A stretch of DNA of 64,000 nucleotides from Ascidiella aspersa (Eukaryota), in the NCBI GenBank assembly GCA_963924565.1, contig OZ004615.1, positions 25,978,001-26,042,000 of the forward strand. The letters are read 5' to 3'. The notes below the pieces were generated by a model. It worked only from the letters and a program-made list of their open reading frames with translations, was not told the DNA's origin and ran no database searches. The translations under genes and the position numbers were made by a program. Below are positions 46,805 to 60,385 of the stretch, in pieces; the first letter of the stretch is position 1, and the number at the start of each line of letters is the position of its first letter.

Positions 46805-49800
46805 CCCGCATTAAACAATTCAAACAGAAACTAAAAAGGCGACACAAATAAAATTGTTTTTAAAATTAAACAATAAACCAGTGTTACATTCTAACTGAAA
46901 CACTATTGCTGTAAAACCACGCTACTTGCAATTATTAGCTAGAAAATTCCCATAAATCGCGGCTGTTCGGCGTTTTAATTATTAATCACTGGATTAATAT
47001 CGAAGCTGCTTGAAAACCGCGATTACCGAAATTAAATCAGCGAAATGCCTTTCACTCTAATTCCACCTTTCAACCATATTAGCTTGCGTGTTCAATGACT
47101 CACAATACATTCTGTGACGTCACAAGCATTCCCAAGATGCAGCGACTTATGACGTATGGGCTGCAGCGATTTGAAATGCAACTCAGCGGATTGTTAATGT
47201 GCTTGACGAAACAACTTTAAGTCAACTATCAAGTGATTGAACCATATGAAGCACATGTAAATGGGTTTAACTATAATTTCAAAATTAGAAGTAAAAGCTA
47301 TAATAATAAAATTAACATAGGCTTAAAGTGTTTAAAATTTACATCATTTGTAAGTCTGTTGGATAACTTTATTTATCTCTTAAGAAAGTTTAAGCTTTTT
47401 ATTGTCAACCGTTCACTTTTTATTAGAGCAATTGTGTAACGCCACAAAGTTTGCACTTTTAAAAGTCAACCAATTAGGGAAACAACCTTATTCTTTCCTT
47501 AAGTTTAAATTACGCTGCCGAGTTAGGTTTGCTCAGTAAGACATTAAGACAGATGTAATCCTATTGCTTAGCGGTAATATTCCTGAACTCTGGTCAAGAC
47601 TTTTCTTTGTACACCACTAGTGCTACAACAGGTTAAGAACTACTGATCTGGAAGCTAACCGAAGATTGGCGCCTTTTCTTGTCTTAATGTGCTGTCTGTC
47701 AGAGTTGGACAGATTACCATAAATTGAATTCAATTACAATTACTCCTTTAAAAGTTTTTTTTTTACAGTTGATCCAACTCTGCTGCCTGCATTTATTTTC
47801 TTTCTGAAATAAACACGACTCAAGGTTTTAAGTCATCTATGTGAACTTCCACGTTACAAAGTTCTGTACAAGCTGGAATTTCAAACGAGGCTTGTCTACA
47901 TCACAATGGCAATTATGACGCTCGAGTAGACACTTCAATTTGAAAATAAACAGCTTCAAACGAACGTTTCTTCCCTTCAAAAACACCGGATTGACCAACT
48001 GGCGACACATTTCTTGCTACAGATGTTGTTTTATTGATTTGGGGGAATAAAATTATCGACGCTCAGATTTTGATATCGACTGGAGATTAGCATTAGAGAG
48101 GGACTGGTATGCACAAAGGTTATGGGAATAGAATGAAGCACAATAAATTCATTAATCTTAAGTTAATCTTTCACCTATTTCATTTATGTAAAAACAAATC
48201 CGGCATAAGCTTAGTTTTGCGGTTAAGGAGGGTTTCTAAGGACACATTATATTTTAAGAATCATTTTTATTTTAATATTTTTGATTATTGGAATTTGTGT
48301 ATGCGTATCATTTATTATTTACAGATCGAATAAAACTGCGAAATTTCAGTTATTGGTAAGTATGCAATTATGAAAACAATTTATGTGCTTAGCTTATACA
48401 TGAAAATGTTTTTAATCAACTAAAAATAGAATGACGAATAAAACGTGCTGAAGTTCCTGGGAATGGTATACAAAAGCAACTAAGAAATTGTATCTGGTAA
48501 ATTTCTTAAAAAAGAAATATCATGTTACAAAAAACACACTCAGCAAACGCTTATGATATTGAACACCATAATTTATGGGAAATTAGTCACTTGTCCCGCC
48601 TACGTCGGGAGATTAAAGCTGGAAAATTGTTTGGCAAGACTGGGTAACAGATGAGGCATGTGGAAGAAAAGGGTGGGTGGTCTAACAATGAAATCTATCA
48701 TAAATGACAGGACTTTGCGAAATTTAAAAACCCTAAAATTTGCTATCTTGACATGTGCTGGAAAGGCACGCCGAAAGCATAGATATTTGATGTATCTTAT
48801 AAGAATCAAGTATTATATCATTTAGTGTAATTCCGCCGTTTAGTAGGGGTGTTATCAACAACGTTGCTCATAAAAAAAATACTGACTTTTTATCTGTGTT
48901 GTAATGATTATATTTAGTTTTTCACTTTTTCTACAAAATTCTTATAATATAAAATACCCTTCGTTGTATCATAGCTGTGTTCGGAAGTAGCCTAGACACC
49001 GAGTACAGCCCACAGCAGGTGGATAGGACCCTAGGGGGTTATACGCAGGCCTCATTAACTCCTGACTCACTGCTAGGGACCGCAGCTGCTGACCACAGCA
49101 CTACAACGGCAGGTTGAACGCGAAGGAGTCAACCTCGTAAAGTGGGGGGTGTTCGGCAGTAGAGGAGATATTGATCGAGTATATAATGGACGATCCTCTG
49201 TTTGCGCGTAAATTAAGCCTTTTTGATAAAAAAATTATATAATGGCCTAAAGTAAACGTTTAATTCAGTGTTGAAAGTAAGCCCAAACGGTGAAAATTGT
49301 TTTTAGGTACGTTGTTATGGTAACAAAGATCCCTTTTTCAAGTGATTAAAAATACTAAACGTTTCTGTATGCGTTCCGGAAAGAAAATAATTCTCCTTTT
49401 ACCACTGGTTTAAGTTTATCGTTTGTTCAGCTAATTAAACAACAATTAAAATTCACAGGCTCTAAAAAGGCGTTTGTAAATTAGTTCAACCTAATGTAAT
49501 AAAAAAAATACTAAACGTTTCACATGTTTTATAGCGACGCTGTTGCCCGGTCGTTAAACCTGATTCAAAGGCGTTCGGAAAGTTACATTGCGAAGCAAGG
49601 CTGGGGTATACAACCGCTCTGACACCTAATAACACAGAGGCTCACAAACTAAGGATAAAAAACTAGGGGTCGCTAATAAATTCTGTTAAATCTATATTAT
49701 TATCACCTTTCTCTGATATTAAAATGTATAAGCTATTCTAATACGATCCCAAAGGAGTCGCAAATCACTTCAACAAATGTGTGTCCAAAGCTAAGAACGA

Positions 49801-51337
49801 GAAATTTTCTGTTAATCACTTTCAAACGTACTAAAGTGCCGCGCAAAGTTATAATAAACTAAAAGCGCTCACAGACTTAGACTTGTGCTAAAACGTGATT
49901 TTGTTTAACTAAAATAAACACTACAATAGTAGCCGATGAAAGACTCAACATCTCATTTCTATTTAGTAACATAAAACATTGGCTTTGTTATTCTTGCAGT
50001 TAAATGTTCGTTACATTACGTAAATATATAACTCATATATAACTCTAACCCCTGAATTGCAATTGGTACAATTATGCCCCTGAAAGCTACTGATATCTAA
50101 GTAGTAAAACAATGTGTAAAATCGTACAGAAGGCACTTCTTAAGAACAACTTAGTGTAAAACAACTTAGAATATTAAAATTAACAACACAAACTTTAGTT
50201 ATAACATATATGCCGTCCAACTCAATGTTGACTAATCATACACTTAAAGTTATATACCTCAAAATTTACAGCTTTCAAAATCCAATGAAAAGCTTTTAGA
50301 TACAAAAACACCGGTATATCCAGTACGTACACCGAACATTATAAATTGGCGAATATCGTAATACGCACGCATCCATATACGGGAAGCGGTGAGTATGGCA
50401 TATGAATGTAGCCCAGAGGCGAACTCACACTGTAATTAACTTTCAATTATCAAGTAGGCGAGGATCCAACAATTACATGAAAACCAACTCAAAAAGCTAC
50501 AATCACCAGCCAAGATAATTGCACTAATGGTAAAATTACTAACCTCTACTATCGTGTTAACAATGCATTAGAAACGAAGAAATTTGTAAAATTATTCTGC
50601 AAATATTGACCAATACAGTTTGTGTTGCAATTCGCTCAACGCAAAGTGCCTATTATGGCCGATTGTAAAAATTGTAAAATGTCTATGTTTACCCAATGAA
50701 TTTAATAAGCATTGTTGTAAAAACAAGTGGAAACATAACTCCTTTTTGATGTCATAATGACGTCAAAAATACACTTTGTTTCATTCGAATGTTGGCACAA
50801 TGCTACCACACAACTAAATGTAGATTTTACTCTATTTAGTAATTGCATAATTAAAAAAACCTTCGAAAAGAACCTACTTAAAGTTGCCTTTATTTCCAAA
50901 TCGCATAAAACGAGGCAAAAACACCAATTAAGCTAATAATCGTACTGCTCAATAAAGTAAGTAACTCAATATTATGCATTAAACATTACTCATTATTATG
51001 TCATTATGAGGTCGAAAGAACTCATTGTTTCAATGGAACGATGGAACAATGCTACCTGATAAACATGCAAAGGTCAACTATTAATCAATTAGTTAACCCC
51101 TCTGTACTTACCAACCAACTAAGCTCAAATTCACCAGCGGATGTTCTGGTTAGTTTGGCTGGAATTCGTCAACATTGGTGTACAATAGAGAGAATGCAAC
51201 GCACAGGCGACCTTGGGAGTTAAGTTACAATCCAACAAAGCAGTAGAAGCTCGTGGAAATGCACAGATCAAACAGGGATTGTTCATTGGTGTGCAAAGAC
51301 ATTGTAACGTCACTTTATTAAATAAACCTTGGCATTA

Positions 51338-51476
51338 TAGACGTAGTAAGAACATCAATGCTCGCATACAAGTAAGCAGCATTTTGAACGTTTCTGAATA
51401 TCTTGCTTAAAAGGCTACTTAGTCTATATGGGCTTTGATGTTCTTACTACGACTAAGTAAAACCTTCAACCATTAT
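51338..51476. mobile_element. MITE family A, inverted pair
   Basis: GACGTAGTAAGAACATCAA ... TTGATGTTCTTACTACGAC. Confidence 0.65.
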
Positions 51477-52728
51477 TCTCTAATTCTACTTTATTAAGTT
51501 TAGACTATTAAACAAAACAAAAAAAACCATTTGATGTGCTTTTAGTGTATTATAAAATCCTAAAAAACTAAACATTAAGATTTGAATTGACCGAAGATAC
51601 TGCGCTACCGATCGGACATTTTTTTCAAATATATAAATAACCAATTTATACCCTAAAAATAATTTTTCAGTTAATAATTTTTACCAGTAAATTTACACAA
51701 CAATATAGAATCATTATTCGCAGATTGAAATTAATATTCTTTACGACTCAATCGTTTAAAATCATTTCCCAAACACCACCTTCAAGAAATGATTAACGCA
51801 CTGGGGCAGCTTCAGGAAACTAATAAAGAAGAAACGGGATAATGGCTGCTATTATGACATCACTAATCGCTGTGACGAAACACAGATCCCAATCACGAGA
51901 GTTAACGCATGAATGCGTGCGGTCAACTGGCATATGTCGTTCTTAAACCCCGGAATTATCTGCGTTGGAAGCGTTCTGCAAATGCGTCGCTGTCCTGAAT
52001 AATGGATTAAGTGTGTCGTGATTCTGGGAAATAATACCTGTTAAAAGCTTTACACAGAAAAGGCGGCACCTTATTGTAAAACTAGAAATCTAGATCATAT
52101 TAAATAACTCTTGTCCGAACCAAATTTTAGTTTTAAGTATTATATGTTATTTGTAGTTTTAAGATGCGTATAACTTCAGCTAACAAGTTGGAACAATTCA
52201 CTAAAAACGCACTAATATTTGTGAAAACCTTGATTGCAAAAACATTGACAAAGCAAATTAGAAGTAGTGGATTAAACCATGCATTTGACATTAACGCAAG
52301 AAACGTTTATTATTGGTTGTAAATAGGTATCTACAGTCACAAAACTTACACTACTAGTAAATAACATCACATTTTACAAAAGCTCAAAACTTTCTGTTTA
52401 AGCTTCTGTGATCAACTATACATTCTGCGACGATTTTGCTTTTTTACAGCCTATCTTAAACATCTCGTACAGCCATCAACACCAAACCTCCAGATTTTAA
52501 AGTTTGAGTCGAACAGCGCGTCGAAGCTTTTGTGGTCAAAAACAAACCCTTTTATAGCTCTACAGTGTTCGAGCGCAAATCTTGCCATCGTAGCTAAACC
52601 AGGGATGGACCCTCACGGCAGTTTACACAATATTGCCAATGTAAAGTCATGTAAGATTGCTAAGGTTAAGTAATGGAGAAAATCGCATGGCCGCAAATAT
52701 TACTTTAGATAAGTTGCTTAATTATATT

Positions 52729-52976
52729 TCTATCGTCTATTTGTTCATGATATACAGTAGATAGTCCTGCTATCATTTAGCGTTGCGTGTTAAGACTGAC
52801 AGAATCTAAACAACAAAGAAAGACTAATCGGAAAAAGTCCATACTGCCTTAAACAATTTGCTTGATCTCAAATAGAACACTCTTATTACTATCGTCTATT
52901 TGTAGATTTGTGATTTACATAATCCTGCTATTATTTAGCCTCGCGTTTTTAGGCTAACAGAATCTAAACAATAAAT
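52729..52976. repeat. Direct duplication, ~160-bp period
   Basis: CTATCGTCTATTTGT..TCCTGCTAT.ATTTAGC..ACAGAATCTAAACAA occurs twice. Confidence 0.75.
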
Positions 52977-53765
52977 AATCAAAAAGCAATCAGAAAAAAA
53001 TTAAGTTTATAGATAGAGCCTTACGAAATTTAACTTTAAATATTTTGCCGCGTTTGTGCTTGAACTTTGACCTTTCGGGTTTTCTTTCAAAATTAAAAGC
53101 AGCAATAAAGAAATGTTAAATATTTACGATCAATAGAACGCCTAATATTCGACAAAGTGTTTCAAAACTCATATTTGCTCACAAAGGTACAACTGCTACA
53201 GCGGTAAGTGTTACGTTATTCGTAAACTTTTTCTGCAAAACGCCACTATTTGCACCAAAAGCGAAAACAATACCGCCTGGCCCTTCATAAATCCAATGCT
53301 TACCGTTATACACAGCTTAACAATATATAAACGTAGTTCTAATGTTGAAGTTTCAGGCAATTTCAAAAGTCTGGTTGAGTTTAGTTCATGAATATTGACC
53401 ACAACAATGCGCTTTCGCCCTTAGTACGTACTTATAACTGAAGGCACGCGCAACTAGATGCACACTCGTCGCAGCAAAGCCATTAATAAGCAACTCGACG
53501 TAACGGACACGCCCACTACACGCCGGAGAATGAATTTGGTAGTTGTCAAATAAAACGAATAAAAATATTGAGAATAACTACATCAATTGAAAACATCAAT
53601 AAAAGAAAAAATAGATAAAGTCCGATGTAGGTTAAAACTGAACTAACCTATAAAATATAACCAACAGTTTAAAATCATAACGACATTTTATACGAGTTTA
53701 TTTACATTTTGCGAGAATTTACCTTTATCGCGTCGACGCAAATACTAATTCGTAAAATTAACAGC

Positions 53766-53910
53766 TAATGGTTGGAGGTTGTAGTAAGACGTAAAAAGAA
53801 TACCAAAGCTCATACAGAAGTAGGTATCATGTTGAACGTTTTGAATAAATCTTTATTCATTTTCAACATAGCCATGTTGAGCTATGTTGAAAAATGAAAA
53901 TGAATAAGTC
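53766..53910. mobile_element. MITE family A, full arm plus start of reverse arm
   Basis: Near-consensus 100-bp arm followed by ATGTTGAAAAATGAAAATGAATAAG. Confidence 0.7.
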
Positions 53911-56050
53911 TTAACAGCTAAGCTTTGGCGACCAAATTCTATTTAATGAACTTTTTTTTACGAAGAAGACATAAGACATAAATATATTCTAATTTAATTA
54001 ATACGAGCAATTTCGTCGTGTTGCTTCCGCACTTAAAATTATGGAGAAAGCTTGCCTGATTATTCGTACCATGTCAACATTAACTGCAGTCGGCAACCCC
54101 AACCCAATTAAACGGCCACACAATTTTGGTCGCAACCCTTAGGTTAAGAATCACTGGACTAATTAACAGTTTTCTAATACCAATTGATTTTTCACGCAAA
54201 AGTTTAAAAAAGTAGAGAAAAACGTACAGCGAACGCATTGTGTTGACAATTCCCTAATAACTGGTGATAAATCTTTCATTTCCAAGATAAACAAACCACC
54301 TACCTACATAAACACATTAAATTAGCACATTATACCTATTTAAAATTTTAATTAACTACACAGGACCAACGTTGGAATAAATTGAATTTATTTCCAATTT
54401 ACCTTGTTGGAATAAATTGGAGTTGATAAAAAAGCGACGTAAAAGTTTGCCAGCCAGCTAAGTTCTACAGCCGGAGGCTTCTTTAAGAGTTTGTGGATAG
54501 TTTGCGAACTCGCAGACATTTAATTAAAACCACAGACGAATTGTGTTCTTGTATAGGTAGAAATAAATATGTACAGCTTATGCCAGATACTTTGGCGCTT
54601 AACGTGTTTCAATAACACTGTGCTCTTGAAACATCTCAATTATAAACCGCAATAACATGTAGATTAAAATTGTTGCATTTTTTAAAAACTAACAGAAAAA
54701 ATGTTAAATAAAGTGATTAGGAATTGATTTCATGAAAATAATCTTTATTACACTTTTAACATTTAATCGCCGAATGTAAAACGGCATGGTTAACTTAAAA
54801 TCATTTTATTAGATCTGCTACTATATTTGACGGTAAAATCTCGTTGCCCAGAAAAAAGGTTTAATTTGTTCAACCTCGAACACCTAAGGTTCTTATAATC
54901 GCAAGCCTCAATAAATTTACTGAATATTTGCTAGAAAGGTCATGTCAATGTCAACCTTCTGCTTTTGAAGCGAATAATTCAATTTTAACAGCGAGAAACT
55001 GAAACTAGAGCCTTAGTGCAACGACAGATGGCTACAATAGAACTAAAGCTATAGAGAATAAAATGTAACGACTATATGATGAAATTAAGGGGGTATATAC
55101 ACAGGACGCACAATACACGTCTTGCTGATTCGGAGAATTAAAACACCAGGGCGTGTTATTAATGTAATTTTGCTGCGCAACATAAACCTGTGGAAATAAA
55201 ATGTGTGTTTTATATGCAAGCTGTTTTTTTAGCCCACGCATATAACACATTTATGATGTAATAATTGAGGTCATTGTGCGTAGTGCTAAATTTCACAAAT
55301 ACGAAACCGGAGTATTAATGCGGAAACATAGAAAATATAAATATAGCTGGAAAATAGTTCCAGGTTCTTATGTAGAACATTCTGTTTTTACAGTTACGGA
55401 TTAAACCAATATCAAACATCGCAAAACGGGGGTTCCAGCAAATTGTATTAGCTGCTTAAGCTGTTGAATCAATTTCTAACGAAATTAACATTATCTATTT
55501 CTATAAATTGTACTGTTGTCCAGTTAAACTGAAATTGTGGTTTTCATTATGCCTTCATACATCCTTGTGACGTTTCATAACTAATTATTCGGAAACGTGA
55601 AGAAGGTTCACAAATTACTAAGAGCCTATGGATGGGCCACAGCTCATAAAAGACAGAAAAGCACTAATTTAACACACAATCCCCATTCAAGTAGCACACC
55701 ACAAGAATGCAGAAAGAAGTATGAAACGCCAGAATTATGTTTATATTATTGTAAAAAAAAAGGCTAAAAGTTTAAAAATTAGATAGACATACGATAAAAC
55801 CTCATCCAAAACCGCCTACAGCAGCTCTAGTGACATCACAAAGGATGAAGAACGCTGAATAATTGATTGCAGGTAAACAATACTTGAGGTTACCACTACC
55901 AGAGTACCAGCTGCTCGTCAGGCAAATTAACTGTTTGGTAAAGTCACATAAAAACCTTACATAAATCAGGTTACTAAAATTGGGCTTCTTACAATTTTAG
56001 TACGTAAGTAAGGACAAAATAGTTTAAATGGAGTATGAATATCTATATAG

Positions 56051-56182
56051 AAGTATCCCATGTAGAAAGTATCTAACATTTTGAATGTTTCGCATAAATC
56101 TTTATACATTTTTACCAAGGATATTTGAATACTTCTGTATGGCCTTAGAAGACAACGTCTTACTAAAACCTTTAGCCAGTAT
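56051..56182. mobile_element. MITE family A, decayed inverted pair
   Basis: Degenerate forward arm and ACTTCTGTATGG reverse arm. Confidence 0.5.
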
Positions 56183-57122
56183 GATCCAAAAAGTTTAGCT
56201 AAAACATTTCTGGACATGTGTAAGAAATAAGTATATCATCATTTTATTAATCTTGTTGTAAGTCAACCACAATTTTGGGATAACACTTGTCCTAGAATAA
56301 AATAAAATGATAGAAATAACTAAATTTATGAACTGCTTATAATATGTCAGCTGTCCTATTATTTTTACCCATTTAGTATAAAGTCAAACATAATATAAGA
56401 GTTTGTATGATAAACAGAATAGAACATTAGTGAAATTAATTAAACTTAAAATCACAACAAAAAAAGATCAACTAAAATATAAAATTTAAGAAACTAGATC
56501 TAGAAGAAATGGTTATTATATTCTTTGCTTAAAGACAAGTAAACCAGGTTCTACCGGAAAAATATTGTTAGATTTTACTTAATTTTTCTGCAACAAATTT
56601 AAATTCATTACTGCGTTGTTTTGGAACACAACAAATAAATGGAGCCTTTTGCATACCAATGAACATCATAACAACTTTCGGACATTGCTATACAAGTCTA
56701 ACCAAGAAAAGACATTTATCCACAACAACCAAATCTATTTTGAGCACCAAAAAAGTAAAAATACAAGGTTTTTAAACATATTCTGGTCAATATATATTGG
56801 TTATATTCTACAACAACACCAATACACCATGTTCATTATTAAAACAAAAAATAAATCTATTATGTTTGCAAAAAAAAGTAATTCATAGGGTCGTGTTTAA
56901 GATAAGGTTTACTAAAAATATCTATAACTTCCATAACCACACACAAAATCTTATCTATATACCACCACAGACTAGAACTGTTGTTTTTGTAGCTTGGCCT
57001 TGCTTACACCATAATACTGATCAGGCTGACTAATTTTAGCAAACCTTTCAAAAGGTTCCAGCCAGTACGACTTCCAGAAGGGCATGATCACAGAATACAC
57101 ATTGTGTGTATGTACGTTTCAC

Positions 57123-57296
57123 GGCACTGGTCTAGAATCGTACCACGATTATGAATTTAACGGACAATATTTTGGTTAGGGTGTCGGTTAGCGTTTGGGT
57201 GTGGGTAGGTTGAGTATTATTATATTTTTTATTTAATAATAATACTTGACCCACCCTAACCCAAATAATGTATGTTGTGGTAGGATTTCTCCAGCC
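57123..57296. mobile_element. Second, more diverged copy of the 57733 MITE
   Basis: GGCACTGGTCTAGAATCGTACCAC ... TTGTGGTAGGATTTCTCCAGCC, with shared ACTTGACCCACCCTAACCCAAA. Confidence 0.7.
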
Positions 57297-57732
57297 ATTT
57301 CCCTTCTATATATATCTTATACAGACCAACATGATCAAATACCAAAGGTAAAACGAATATTCCTACATAAATTAAAAAATGTGCTAATAATTAGCCGACT
57401 AACATTTATTTTATGACTATTTTTAGGACAGCAAACAAACTGCGGTATTACACATGGTACGTCATTTAAAAAATAATCTTTGACTTAGTTTAATCATTTC
57501 CTGAATGAGGCAATCAAAACACAATTGTATGACTAACACATTAGTTTGCAGATTGGTGTATAACAGCTTTGTTTTCTCGTTAAAATACATGAATCACAAG
57601 CAAATCAAATTGCAATCAATGAATTTAAAGATTAAATGCATGAATTTTACCAAAATGTTTTTCAAATTTTTACTCTGTATCAAAACACCTGTATATTGGT
57701 CAATCTCAATTGTGAAGTAGCACAGCGCATTT

Positions 57733-57912
57733 GGCGCTGGTCTAGAATCATACCACAATTATTAAATCAACGCACAATATTTGGGTGAGGGTGGGTGAAG
57801 TATTATTTTATTAATTATTTAATAATAATAACTTGACCCACCCTAACCCAAAACGCTAACCCGCACCATAACCCAAATAATGTGCGTTGTGGTAGGATTC
57901 TAGACCAGCGCG
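57733..57912. mobile_element. Palindromic MITE with GG-start TIRs and 8-bp TSD
   Basis: GGCGCTGGTCTAGAATCATACCACAA ... TTGTGGTAGGATTCTAGACCAGCGCG; flanks GCGCATTT / GCACATTT. Confidence 0.75.
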
Positions 57913-59740
57913 GCACATTTCTTTGACAACGAAAAGGAATAAAGAATAGATTCTGAAAGGCATAAATGCCAAATTTGTGTCAAAAGTGATTTGTGTTGAA
58001 ATAAAACTAAAGAAATTTTACTTACAACACATTGTTTAACAACAATAGAATTGTGACATCACAATCACAAAATATTTGAAGCAACCAAATAACTTGAAAA
58101 TTACAATTTTTTACAAAAAAATCTGCTGTTTAAAGCCTATGGATATCTCAGTAGCCAATTAGCAACCAGGTTTATTTCTAAATGAACTACAACTGTTACG
58201 AGATATCAAATGAGAAAGAATTAGCTGGTAAAACACAGCTTCCAAAAGTGCTAGTTAATTGTCAGGGTAATCACGTTTTAAACCAGAACAGACATCTTAC
58301 CTGTAAAACATGGACAGTGACGTTTCCGATGAATTTCTAGCAGAAGAAGACACTATTTTATGCAGCGAAGTGCTTGATAGTTTCTCTCCCCATGGAGAAG
58401 AATGTCAACCTAAGGTTTGTATTACGCGCCAATATAACCTTTAACCTTTCTAGCCATGTCGGAGATTTAAAGATCATATTACGTCTACGTAAAGTTGCTA
58501 CAATAGCCTGGAAATACGATACTTGTGCTTTAAAAAGTTCGATACATTGTTGCATCTTTTCGTTTTTCGCAACATTATTCTAGAAAAGACGGAATATGGA
58601 TTTACTGCCTAATTTTTTTAAACCATATAGTGTAGTCTATATCAAAACCTAGATGATTTAAATGGATTTTAACCAGGGCTCTTAAACTGTAGTCTAAGGG
58701 ACCATTAGAAAAGAGTTAACCAGCTTTAGGGGGTTCATGAAGGTCTAGCTGAAGTCAAAATGCATAGTTTGAAAAAAAAGTGTGTTTTTTTTCCGAAAAC
58801 AATAGTGCAATCGAAAAAATGCTTTGGCGCAATCTTGAATGTACTCCATCTCAGTTTCACAATATTTGGTCTGCAAACAGGATGCTTCCTTTACGTCAAT
58901 TTGTTTATGACGTCAGTTTATGATGTCATTTTGAAAAATGTTATGCCGACCACACACGAACCAAATTTTTTGAGGAGGTCCACGTTAAAAAAAGTTTACG
59001 AACCCCCGATTCAAGCCTATCAGTCAAACAGATCATAACCATTCCATCTAAAACACATTTCAATCTTAAACTGCACAAAAATATCAGGTTAGGCCAAAAA
59101 CTAGATGTGGCACTAGGATGTCCGATAATAGCGAATCGAATACTATACTAAGTGATATCGGTACTTGTACTCACTCAGGTGGTATCGGTGCCGATCCGAT
59201 ACCACATTAATTGAGCATTACAGCCTTATGCGATATAAATGGGTGTTTACAATCTTAACAGGTAACTTTTGTTGAAAAAAATATTAAGTTAAAAACTGAA
59301 GATAACTAAACTTTTCCAAAACTTTTAATAATCTGAATTACATTAATTTCAATTAAAAAGAAATCTTTTTTGTACATAGCAATGACGTTTTTTTACATAT
59401 GACGTCACAAAATTACGGCATAACGAAACGTCCAAAGCAGTTAAATTTATAAGCCTGCGAGGTTATGGTTCGACCAAGTGCGCAAAAACTTAAGTATTAT
59501 TTGAAATGCAGTCAAGGATAACATTTTTTACCGGTACAGCGTATCAGCGAAAGTTGTTTTAGCCCACCGTTCCGGCTTGCTTTCACAACTGCATATCTGG
59601 CACTTTATGTCACAAATGTTGACCATTAAATTAAAATATCAAGTGTCAAGTATTACACTAGTTCTAACCGCCGAAAGAATTATTTATTCATTCTCCTATA
59701 GTAAGTTTAGAGTTAGCTCCACCAGGTAACATATCAATAG

Positions 59741-59964
59741 ATAGAAATCGCTCTTCTGGTGTAAACGAAGTATAGACCGACGTTTCAGCAGCAGATACCA
59801 GCTGACCTCATTGTTATATTTATCTTTAGTCTTTTGATTTTTACTTTTAGTATATAACTGGCACACGCACTCTTGTTTTAATTATTAACCCTGATGAGGT
59901 CAGCTGGTATCTGCTGCCGAAACGTTGGTTTATACTTCGTTTACACCAGAAGAGCGAATTCTAT
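59741..59964. mobile_element. 71-bp inverted repeat, probable Penelope-like pseudo-LTR remnant in inverted configuration
   Basis: 59741-59811 and 59894-59964 are reverse complements with 4 mismatches; arms contain hammerhead core sequence. Confidence 0.7.
59887..59930 (+). ncRNA. Minimal type I hammerhead ribozyme (Penelope-like)
   Basis: AACC-CUGAUGA-GG(U)CAGC-loop-GCUGCC-GAAA-CG-UU^-GGUU: intact core boxes, 6-bp helix II, 4-bp helix I, palindromic ACGU in place of helix III. Confidence 0.75.
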
Positions 59965-60319
59965 ATGCCATAGTAAGTTTGTCTAACCATGTTACCCATA
60001 ACAACTTATTACTTTATTCTTAGGACGACAGTTACGTTGGTTGGGCTACCTGCGATGAAATGCATGGAGATGAACTGGAGTTCTGTTGCGAAGCAAACAA
60101 GCCATACTGGTAAATACAAGCGGAACAAGATGCCTATATAAACCCAATGTTCCAGGTTGTATTTTCAAGTCTATAAAAGGTTTAATTGGAGAGATAAAAA
60201 AACAGTTTTGTAAACAAGTCACGTTGGAACGACAAGTGCCGTTAAGTAACTCTTTTATTGTCATTAAATTGTCTTGTGGACAAATAATGTTCGTTGGACT
60301 GGACGCATTCCGTATAAAT

Positions 60320-60385
60320 CAGGGGTTCTTAAACTGGGGGCCATGGACCTCTTGGGGTCCGCGAACTAGTTTTACGGGGTCCATG
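60320..60385 (+). mobile_element. hAT/Charlie-like element end
   Basis: CAGGGGTTCTTAAACTGGGGGCCATGGACC...; related ends near 37255-37299(-) and 58674-58740(+). Confidence 0.5.

Noticed and set aside
60024-60155. First coding exon of the plus-strand gene
   Set aside because: Tested donors give stops when joined to the micro-exon; only a 3-codon ATG TTC CAG joined directly to 60886 works, which is too weak to call.
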